Of a stretch of DNA of 64,000 nt, positions 53,709 to 64,000 are shown one piece after another. A program made the translations under genes and the position numbers. The stretch's first letter is position 1; every line of letters starts with the position of its first letter. The notes under the pieces were generated by a model. It searched no databases. It saw nothing but the letters and a program-made list of their open reading frames with translations, and had not been told where the DNA came from. The stretch comes from Octopus vulgaris. Taxonomy: Eukaryota. The DNA is taken from NCBI GenBank assembly GCA_951406725.2, contig OX597838.1:32612001-32676000 (forward strand), read 5' to 3'.

Positions 53709-53762
53709 AACCATCATCATCATCATCATCATAACCATCATCATCATCATCATCATCATAAC

Positions 53763-53798
<36 letters not shown>

Positions 53799-53819
53799 AA
53801 CCATCATCATCATCATAAC

Positions 53820-53861
<42 letters not shown>

Positions 53862-54076
53862 GAACATCATCATACTCTTTTGTTTCTTTCAGTCATTTAA
53901 CTGCGGCCGTGCTGGAGCACTACCTTTAGTCGAACAAATCGACCCCACAACTTATTCTTTGAAAGCCTAGTACTTATACTGTCGGTCGCTTTTGCTGAAC
54001 TGGTAAGTTACGGCGACGTAAACACACCAACATCGGTCGTCAAGCGATGATGGTGGGAACAAACACAGACACACAA

Positions 54077-54146
<70 letters not shown>

Positions 54147-54222
54147 GTGTGTGTGTGTGTGTGTGTGTAAGAAAGTTTTCTGTATGTACATGGAAACTTT
54201 CCTGTACATACCTATGTATGTA

Positions 54223-54270
<48 letters not shown>

Positions 54271-54839
54271 CACAATGGGCTTCTTTCAGTTTCCGTCTAC
54301 CAAATCCAGTCACAAGGCTTTGGTCGGCCCGAGGCAATAGTAGAAGATACTTGCCCCAGGTGCCACGCTGTGGGACTGAACCCGGAACCACGTGATTGGG
54401 AAGCAAACTTCTTACAGTCCCACGTGCGCCTTCATTATTCATTCATTCATTCATTCATTCATTCATTCATTCATTCTTTCATTCCTGACTCAGTCTACCT
54501 AAAAACAACATCATTCACTTTTTAATTTGATAAATATTTGACTGCTATTTCTAGCTGGTCGAGTGACCACGCACAAACTCGCTGTTGTAAGCCACTTGCT
54601 AATTTTTATTTATATTCAGCTGGGTTGGCGTCAGTGGAAGGGTCAGCTGCCGTGTTTTACCTGTATGTCCAGGTGAAATGAAGGGATTTGCTGTGAATTG
54701 AGGTCGGTCCGGGTTATCATAGAACCCCCAGATAATCTGGTCACCAAAAGCTCCCCTTTTATTCCCTTTATCTCTTTCTCGCTTTCTTTCTCTCTACTTC
54801 CCGTTCTTTTTTGTTCTTCGTCTGTTTCCCCCCACCAAC

Positions 54840-55617
54840 CATCCACCACCACAAGTCGCCGTCACCTCAACCACCACCAACGTCACCGTCACCACCACCA
54901 CCACCACCAACGTCACCGTCACCATCAAAGCCATCAAAGCCATCATCACCATCACCACCACCACCACCACCACCATCAAAGCCATCATCACCATCATCAC
55001 CACCGTTCATCACCGCCACCGCCAATACCACTAACACCGCCATCATCACCACCATCACCACCATTCATCACCGCCACCACCACCACCAACATCACCGTCA
55101 CCATCAAAGCCATCATCACCACCATCACCACCATTCGCCGTCACCCCAACCACCATCATCACCGCCACCACCACCAACGTCAACGTCACCATCAAAGCCA
55201 TCATCACCACCATCACCACCATTCATCACCGCCACCACCACCACCATCATCACCGCCACCACCACCACCACGACCAACGTCGCCGTCACCATCAAAGCCA
55301 TCATCACCACCACCGCCACCGCCAATACCACTAACACCGCCAACATCAACACCATTCCCACTACCACCACCGCCGTCCGTCATAGCCACCACCATCCACA
55401 CCACCACCACCACCACAAGGTAAACTACCGACTGAACCTAATTTTTTCTCTGACGTTCATTAAACAATAACTTGATTAGCTTTTTTTTTCGTTTTACGTT
55501 TTTTTTCATTGTTCTTTTTTTATTTTGATAATGACACTGACCTTATTTCAGTTTTTTCTTTCTGACAGATGTTACCTTATGTCAATATATGACCATCACG
55601 ACAACCACCGCCACCAC

Positions 55618-55668
<51 letters not shown>

Positions 55669-55823
55669 CATCATAACCATCATCATAGCTGCTGAAACTG
55701 TTCCTATCAGAACACTATCACTCTTTTCCCTGGTCACCATTACCATGGACACCACCACCAAACTATCCACAACGATTGGTATCATCATCATCATCATCAT
55801 CGTCATCGTCATCGTCATCGTCG

Positions 55824-55918
<95 letters not shown>

Positions 55919-55950
55919 GTCGTCGTCGTCGCCTTCATCATCATCATCAC
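54840..55950. repeat. Cryptic (CAC/CAT)n trinucleotide field with recurring ACCATCAAAGCCATCATCACC motif, then pure (CAT)n
   Basis: Directly visible; other (CAT)n tracts at 3845-4141, 53110-53225 and 53660-53870. Confidence 0.9.
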
Positions 55951-56228
55951 GTCTGCACCTATTCTTCTGTTTTTTTTTTTTTGTCGTCCTTCCTTTTAGT
56001 TCTACATCTCTTCATCTCATATCCAGATGCGCACACACGCACCTTCTTCAGTTCCACTACCGTAACAGAATGCTATATACCAACCAAAGTTCCCATAACG
56101 ATAAATACAGGGGTCTCTTTCTGTCAGAAATGCAAATCAAGACATTCGCAACAACCATAGCAGTTTTAATTAAAATTTGTATCAATCAATTTAATAGATA
56201 TTTGTGCTTCTATCGCTGCCGCCACCCG

Positions 56229-56316
<88 letters not shown>

Positions 56317-56449
56317 ATTGTTGATTTAATGTTTAGAAATATTATGAATGTAAACATAGGTACCTTGTGCAAGTGTCTACTAATACAGCCCCGAGCCGAC
56401 TAAAGCTTTGTGAGTCGATTTGGTTAACGGAAACTGGAAGAAGCTTGTT

Positions 56450-56551
<102 letters not shown>

Positions 56552-56929
56552 AGGGAATATTAATCCTAACTTATAGGGAAACAATTCAATTTAGAAATAC
56601 TAAATCAAATTTCACACAATATAATATATATATATATATATATAAAAATTAGAAAAAAACCCACCTTTTATCAATTCAAAATGAACAATTAAATTACACC
56701 ATCTAGAAAATTACATATAATAGAAATATTAATATTAAAATAACAATAAAATACCAATGATTAGGGTAAATTGCAAAGAAATAATAAAAACGTATATAAT
56801 TGGTAGAATAACAATTATATACGTTTTTCTCCTTATACAGTATAGCATAAAATATTTATTATAATGTGATAATTATTTAAATATAAAAATATTAAAATTT
56901 TGTCAAGCACAGAATTAATTAAAAGCATT

Positions 56930-56990
56930 AATTTATATTTGTGAATCAGTGTTAGCTATTCAGACATTTTGTATAATATGGAATGTCAAA
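56930..56990 (+). promoter_or_regulatory. Candidate snRNA proximal promoter (PSE) region of U5 copy 1
   Basis: Blocks TTTGTGAATCAGTGTT (about -65 to -50), AGACATTTTGTATAA and GAATGTC are kept at similar spacing upstream of all three U5 copies while intervening bases differ. Position fits a PSE, but the motif itself is not verified. Confidence 0.4.
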
Positions 56991-57001
56991 ATATACTTGC
57001 T

Positions 57002-57126
57002 AACTCTGGTTTCTCCTCACCCAGAGCGGATAAATCTTTCGCCTTTTACTAAAGATTTCCGTGGGGAGGAACATTTTAATGAGTCTATAGACTTATTTTT
57101 GAAAGCCTCATCTAACCATGAGGCGA
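57002..57126 (+). ncRNA. U5: U5 spliceosomal snRNA gene, copy 1
   Basis: ACTCTGGTTTCTC 5' end; invariant loop I GCCTTTTAC (57041-57049) in an AAATCTTT/AAAGATTT stem; fully paired GTTTCTCCTCA/TGGGGAGGAAC stem; Sm site ATTTTTG (57095-57101); 3' hairpin GCCTCAT-ctaacc-ATGAGGC. Confidence 0.95.
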
Positions 57127-58159
57127 TAATTAAATTAACATCAGACTAATTAATATTGGGTCAATTGTGACCCTCCTAACCATCAGTTCAGTCGCTCAGC
57201 GTGTATTCTGTAGTAACCCCAGGCTGATCAAAGCTGTATGTCCTTGTCCCACCACTACTTTACAACCAATGTTGGTTTGTTTACACCCCGTAACTTAACA
57301 GTTCGGCCAAGGAACTGATAGACTTATTTTGAAAGCCTCATCTAACCATGAGGCGATAATTAAATTAATATCAGATCTCCCAAAACGGACTGTCATCAAT
57401 TATGGAAGAGGTTGCAAGTAACGAAAATTAATCAAAAATTAATTGGTAGAATAACAATTATATACGTTATTATTATTTTTTTGCAATTTACTTAATCATT
57501 GGTATTTTATTGTTATTTTAATATTTCTATTATATATAATTTTCTAGATAGTGTAATTTAATTGTTCATTTTGAATTGATAAAATGTGTTTTTTTTCTAA
57601 TTTTATATATATATATATGTGTGTGTGTGTCTGTGTGCTAAGCCACTGATTTTATTATAAACAATAATATCCTCATATAGATCTGTGTGGTAAGTAGCTT
57701 GCTTACCAACCACATGGTTCCGGGTTCAGTCCCACTGCGTGGCATCTTGGGCAAGTGTCTTCTACTATAGCCTCGGGCCAACCAAAGCCTTGTGAGTGGA
57801 TTTGGTAGACGGAAACTGAAAGAAGCCCGTCGTATATATGTATGTATATATATATGTGTGTGTGTGTCTGTCTTTGTCGCCCTAGCATTGCTTGACAACC
57901 GATGCTGGTGTGTTTACGTCCCCGTAACTTAGCGGTTCGTCAAAAGAGACCGACAGAATAAGTACTGGGCTTACAAAAAGAATAAGTCCCAGGGTCGAGT
58001 TGCTCGATTAAAGGTGGTGCTCCAGCATGGCCGCAGTCAAATGACTGAAACAAGTAAAAGAGTATATATGTGTGTGTGTGCTAAGCCACTGATTTTATTA
58101 TAAACAATAATATCCTCATATAGATGTGTGTGTGTGTATATATATATATATTTATTATA

Positions 58160-58209
<50 letters not shown>

Positions 58210-58252
58210 CTATATGAGGATATTATTGTTTATAATAAAATCAGTGGCTTAG

Positions 58253-58299
<47 letters not shown>

Positions 58300-58906
58300 C
58301 ACACACACACACACCCATATATATATATATCGTATATCCGAAAAAGCACAGAGCAGTAATGTAATTATATGTAGTTACGTCTGTATCTGGTCATAGAGTG
58401 ACCAATGGTTTCACATCCATAAAGACCCCATGAACGGCTCGTCAGACTCTAAAGCCGAAGACAAATGGGAGGCGGGAATCTGTTACGGTCACGTAGATAT
58501 GGCCGGTCTATGAGATCCCCCCCTCCAAACCGGCAACTGCACTTCTGTTTTCATGTTTTATTAGAACACCTTCGGTTTCTACTCGTTTACCCTTAATTTT
58601 CGTTACTTGCAACCTCTTCCATAATTGATGACAGCCCGTTTTAGGAGAACTGATATTAATTTAATTATCGCCTCATGGTTAGATGAGTCTTTCAAAATAA
58701 GTCTATCAGTTCCTTGGCCGAACTGCTAGTGTACGGGGTGTAAACAAACCAACATCGGTTGGAAAGTAGTGACTAGGGACAAGCACATACAGCTTTGATC
58801 AGCCCGGGGTCACAATAGAAGACACGCTGTGGGACTGAACCCAAAGTATAATGGTTAGGCGGTCGCAATTAACCTAATATTAATTAGTCTGATGTTAATT
58901 TAATTA

Positions 58907-59031
58907 TCGCCTCATGGTTAGATGAGGCTTTCAAAAATAAGTCTATAGACTCATTAAAATGTTCCTCCCCACGGAAATCTTTAGTAAAAGGCGAAAGATT
59001 TATCCGCTTTGGGTGAGGAGAAACCAGAGTT
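58907..59031 (-). ncRNA. U5: U5 spliceosomal snRNA gene, copy 2
   Basis: Reverse complement of copy 1, same 125-nt length; loop I, Sm site and 3' hairpin intact. Confidence 0.95.
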
Positions 59032-60448
59032 AACTGACACACAATTGACATTCAATCTTATACAAAATGTCTGAATAGCTAACACTGATTCACAAATATA
59101 AATTAATGCTTTTAATTAATTCTGTGCTGGACAAATTTTAAATCCTTTTATATTTAAATAATTATCACATTATAATAAATATTTTATACTATATCTTGTA
59201 AGGAGATATTTAGATTTTAATTAAATAAAACTAAATATATTTATATCTATCAGTGATGTTTATAATCAACCTTCACCTTGACAGCTGCTGATTTTCCTCC
59301 CTTCTAAAACCACATATCTTTAAGTAGAGGCGCAATGGCTTAACGTTTAGGGAAGCGGACACGCGGTAGTACGATCGCGGTTTCGATTCCCAGACCGGAT
59401 ATTGTGTTTAGTGATCGAAAACAGCTAGAGACTCCGGCAGGGGGTGGGGGGTGAACCCTGCTGTACTCTTTCACCACAACTTTCTCTCACTCTTTCTTCC
59501 TGTTTCTGTTGTACTTGTATTTCAAAGGGGCCGGCCTTGTCACACTCTGTATCACGCTGAATCTCCTCGAGGACTACGCTAAGGGTTACACGTGTCCGTG
59601 GAGTGCACGTTAACTTCACGAGCAGGCTGTTCCGTTGATTGGATCGACTGGAACCCTCGTCGTCGTAACCGACGGACTGTCACGAAGCTTTCTGTAAACA
59701 AAAGGAACGAATTCATAAGTGTGTAAGACTGTATGTGGTCGCTCCACATGCTAGAAATAGCAGCCAAATTTCCCTCAACTTGTACAGGCACATTTATTTG
59801 TGTGTGTATTAACCCCCAACCCATAACCGTTTGACAACCGGTGTCGGTGTGTTTACGTCCCTGAAACGTAGCGGTTCGGCAAAACAGACCGATAGAATAA
59901 GTACTAGGCTTTAAGAAGTCCCGGGGTTGATTTGTTCGACAAAAAACCTTCGAGGTGGTGCTCCAGCATGGCCGCAATCAAATGAAATAATAAAAGAATA
60001 ACAGAATAAGTACTAGTCTTAATAATTAAACACTGAGGTCGATTTGCTCGTTAAAGCATTGAAGGCAGCGCTCCAGCATGGCCGCTGTCTAACAACGGAA
60101 ACTACTATCAGGTAAAAGATATGGAACCCTGTTGCTAATAGCTTCCATTGTAGTTGTGGATAATGGATTTGGTGAACAATAGCGTCGTTGGTTACTGAGG
60201 GAGATAATCATTGTATTGTGTATTGTGGCGATAACCACATGGAACGGTGATGTAAATCGAAGGGGACGGATCAAACATTAAAAGGGTATTTTGTGTTTCG
60301 GAGCACCGTTTTATCGCGGGTATTTTTTAATCTTTCACAGAAAACCATCAAACAGCCAGATATGCACACACACATGTATATATGTACGTGTGTGTATGTA
60401 TGTATATGTGAGTTTGTGTGTGTGTGTGTAAGAGAACCGACAGAGTAT

Positions 60449-60705
60449 GGGTACTACTATCGAAAAATGGTCCCGGTGCGCGCACTCGCGCAAGCTAGTC
60501 GATCCTACAGCGACTTGCGCGTATGTTTGTATTTCAAGGCTGAATACATATCAAAGAAAATTAAATAATATTTTTTGAACAAAGTAAATAAATTATTTTT
60601 ATAAACAAACTAAGGTTTAGGGTTAAAAAGTCGTTGTGGGATCGACTACTTACGACTAGCTAGCGCGAGTGCGCGCACCGGGACCACTGTTCTCTAGTAG
60701 TACCC
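60449..60705. mobile_element. MITE-like element with GC-rich TIRs
   Basis: GGGTACTACTA..TGGTCCCGGTGCGCGCACTCGCGC / GCGCGAGTGCGCGCACCGGGACCA..TAGTAGTACCC; internal GGTTTAGGGTTA. Confidence 0.75.
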
Positions 60706-61103
60706 AAACAGCCAGATATGCACAAAACCTTTGAAAGTGTTGCTCCAGCATGGCTGCAATCCAGTAACTGCTACGAGTGATTTATATATGTATGTATGTA
60801 TGTATACATATTCCCACACATGCATAGAAAGAGAAATGAATTGGTGGACAGTGGCCTGCACTTGAACAACAAACACGTAATATGTGTTTGTGTGTACGTA
60901 ACACTTAGATGGACAGAGAGGGAGAAGCGGGTGCGTGTGACAAGCTTTCGCTAAGAGTTTTTCACGAACCGAATAACACTCCTTTTATGAATATAATCGA
61001 AGACCACACACTTCGATCAAACCTAGGACTAACTATACGGTTGCAAAGCGAACTTAATTCCACAGTCATTGCCTGGCCGCAGTTGTTGTTGTTTAGCTCT
61101 GAT

Positions 61104-61282
61104 GGATCTTTTCGCTTTGACCGACAGATTTTTTAAATGATTTTACAAACTACAGAATTTTCTCAAGAAAGCCCAGGGAAAAAGATGTTTTATGTAACAC
61201 ATTCTACCAGTATACGAAGTTTAAAAGTGTTTAGTTACAAAGAAATTATTTTTAAAATCTGCCGGTCGAAGCGAAAAGATCC
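61104..61282. mobile_element. Internally deleted copy of the same MITE
   Basis: Same TIRs; TSD GCTCTGAT at 61096-61103 and 61283-61290. Confidence 0.9.
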
Positions 61283-62591
61283 GCTCTGATCGAGCAGATT
61301 CAATAACGAAAGGCATCGCATAAATTTGTGTATCAGCAACCACAATAATTTTAGAAGAGTGCGCTTTCACTGCTATTTCTTGCGATTAGAGTGACCTCAT
61401 AAACGCCCTTATAGTCAGACACCGATCACACTAGGTTTGCGATCTTCCTCCGAAGATACAGTGTGAATTCGTTCAACAGTCTCAAAGTACTATCGTTATT
61501 TATTATAGCCATAACATTATGAGTTCGAATCCTGTCAGTAGAACTCGGTAAAATAAATACCACCCGAGGACGAGGGGGAAATAGAATCGATTTAATCATT
61601 TCTGTCTGATGATATACCTCATCTTACATTTGAATTTACGAATCGTGATTAAATTTTTCTCTCAATTTAAACATGTTTTTCTACTTGTGTGTCGAATCCG
61701 ATCGACGGCGTTCTAGACACGACCATCGCGTCTTTTTCGATACGGTTGGGTATGAACTGGCCGTTATTTCTAGCAGAAAGAGTGACCGCGTACGAGAATT
61801 ATATCATTTTAAGTGGGTTGGGGGTTGTGATAGAGTGCCGGGGCAGATCTTAGGGTTAAATCTAATTTTTATTTTAAATTGTTTACGTTTTTGGTATTTA
61901 AAATTCTGATGAACAAGTGGAAGAATTTATCAACTTTTTTCTTGGCGATCCTTCGGTATAAGTACCTACATTTCTGAAGATAACAGAAACCCTTTTCTCC
62001 CACCCCCCCATATATATAAAAAAAAAACACTTTCTTGAAATGTATCCGGTACCTATACCGAAGTTACGCCCAACCTTTTTCTTTTACTTCACTTGTTTCA
62101 GTCACTGGGAGACTGTGGTCATGCTGGGGCACCGACTTACCCAATATTTCTTTTAAAGCCTGGTTCGAATTCTATCAGTGCCTTGGCCGAACTGCTAAGT
62201 TACGGGGTGTAAACAAACCAACATTGGTTGTAAAGTAGTGGTTAGGGACAAGTACATAAAGCTTTGTTCAGCCTGGGGTTTACAATAGATGACACGCTGT
62301 GGGATTGAACCCGAGGTAAAACGGTTAGGAGGTCACAATTAACCCAATATTAATTAGTCGGATGTTAATTTAATTTAGATGAGGCTTTCAAAATTAAGTC
62401 TATCAGTGCCTTGGCTGAACTGCTACGTTACGGGGTGTAAACAAACAAACATTGGTTGTAAAGTAGTGGTTAGGGACAAGCACATACAGCTTTGTTTAGC
62501 CTGGGGTCACAATGTGGGACTGAACCCAAAGTATAATGCTTAGACGGTCGCAATTAACCAAATATTAATTAGTCTGATGTTAATTTAATTA

Positions 62592-62716
62592 TCGCCTCAT
62601 GGTTAGATGAGGCTTTCAAAAATAAGTCTATAGACTCATTAAAATGTTCCTCCCCACGGAAATCTTTAGTAAAAGGCGAAAGATTTATCCGCTCGGGGTG
62701 AGGAGAAACCAGAGTT
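62592..62716 (-). ncRNA. U5: U5 spliceosomal snRNA gene, copy 3
   Basis: Same 125-nt sequence on the - strand with all functional elements intact. Confidence 0.95.
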
Positions 62717-64000
62717 AACTGATTCTCACTTAGACATTCAACTTATACAAAATGTCTAACTAAACAAACACTGATTCACAAATATAAATTAATGCTTTTA
62801 ATTAATTCTGTGCTTGACAAATTATAAATATTTTTATAGTTAAATAATTATCACATTATAATAAATATTTTGTATTATATTTTATAAGGAGTTATTTAAA
62901 TTTTAATTAAATAAAACTAAATATATTTATATCTATCAGTGATGTTTATAAGCGACCTTCACCTTGATAACGACTGCTGATTTTCCTCCCTTCTAAAACC
63001 ACATGTTTAACAAAAGAAACGAATTGATGGCTATGTGCGGCTTGTACGTAGTCGCTTTGTATGCTAGAAATAGCAGCCGAATCTCCCTCAAATCATACAG
63101 GCAGTCTTTTAAAAACGATTACGGACACACTGGATAACGTAGATTTATATAATCTGTTAGAAAAAGAAAAAAAAAATACGAGATAGTCACGCCTGGAATG
63201 CCTTTTGCTCACTGTTCTACTTGATCAGGGCTCGCCGGGAATTAAAAATGAAGACAACTTTTTACAGTAGTTAGCGTCACTATTCATGAAATATAACGAC
63301 CGTTGCTGCTTAGCCACGGACCGATATTGATCGAATAAATGTATGAGCAAAATTCTTTCAGCCATAACAATCGGGTTTTATTTATTTATTCATTTGCTTG
63401 TATTCTTTGTACTTGCATAATGCTCTGTTCTTTTTAACCCTAATTGGTCGAGTTTAGCTTAAAACAAACTGGCTGCTATTTCTAGCAGATCGAGCTACCA
63501 TATAAAGGCTCTCACAGCTGGTCGCGAAAAGCAGTTGTTTCGTTTCATACCCAGGTGTATGATGAAAGAAGTTCGCGAGTTATGTGCGTGCGCGCGTGTG
63601 CACCCGTGGCGGGTGGGGTTCTATGTGTGTACGTAAGGCGACGAGCTGGCAGAAACGGTAGCCGTATTTCGTCTGCCGTTACGTTCTGGGTTCAAATTCC
63701 GCCGAGGTCGACTTTGCCTGTCATCCTTTCGGGGGTTGATAAATAAAGTACCAGTTACACACTGGCGTCGATGTAATCGACTTAATTCGCTTGTCTGTCC
63801 TTGTTTGTCCCCTCTGTGTTTAGCTCCTTGTGGATAGTAAGGAAATAGGTATTTCGTCTGCCGCGACGTTGTGAGTTCAAATTCCGCCGAGGTCGACTTT
63901 GCCTTTCATCCTTTCGGGGTCGATAAATTAAGTACCAGTTACGAATTGGAGTCGATGTAATCCACTTAATTCTTTTGTCTGTCCTTGTTTGTCCGCTCTG

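Noticed and set aside
54698-55470. Extensin-like Pro-rich / His-rich ORFs (241 and 219 aa), with a donor-like GTAAAC at about 55420
   Set aside because: CAC/CAT triplet field is stop-free in all frames; no ATG start or domain evidence. Treated as repeat, though an exon cannot be fully excluded without RNA data.

Overview
AT-rich, microsatellite- and SINE-saturated animal genomic DNA. The repeat landscape resembles a coleoid cephalopod, probably Octopus (inference, no search run). The only well-supported host protein gene is the 3' half of a novel-type protein kinase C (PKC-epsilon-like): five + strand GT-AG exons at 2775-12999 covering kinase subdomains through the turn and hydrophobic motifs, plus a Gly/Ala-rich tail. 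Three intact U5 snRNA genes lie at 57.0, 58.9 and 62.6 kb and are invisible in the ORF track. The rest is mobile DNA: at least 5 tRNA-derived SINE families, mariner and DD41D relics, MITEs with 8-bp TSDs, CR1/RTE LINE ends and an LTR primer-binding site. The most unusual signals are: (i) a tRNA-headed SINE carrying a Penelope-type minimal hammerhead ribozyme, present as a head-to-head palindrome inside a PKC intron; (ii) further hammerhead motifs and fold-back modules embedded in (TA)n tracts; (iii) a U5 cassette with a duplicated Sm-site/3' stem-loop module, one copy sitting inside a fold-back with a 28-bp duplication; (iv) an ORF1-only zinc-knuckle retroelement between 500-bp inverted arms; (v) SINE concatemers with fixed junctions. 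Nearly all ORF-track entries are translations of microsatellites or SINEs. Repeat boundaries were read by eye and are approximate.
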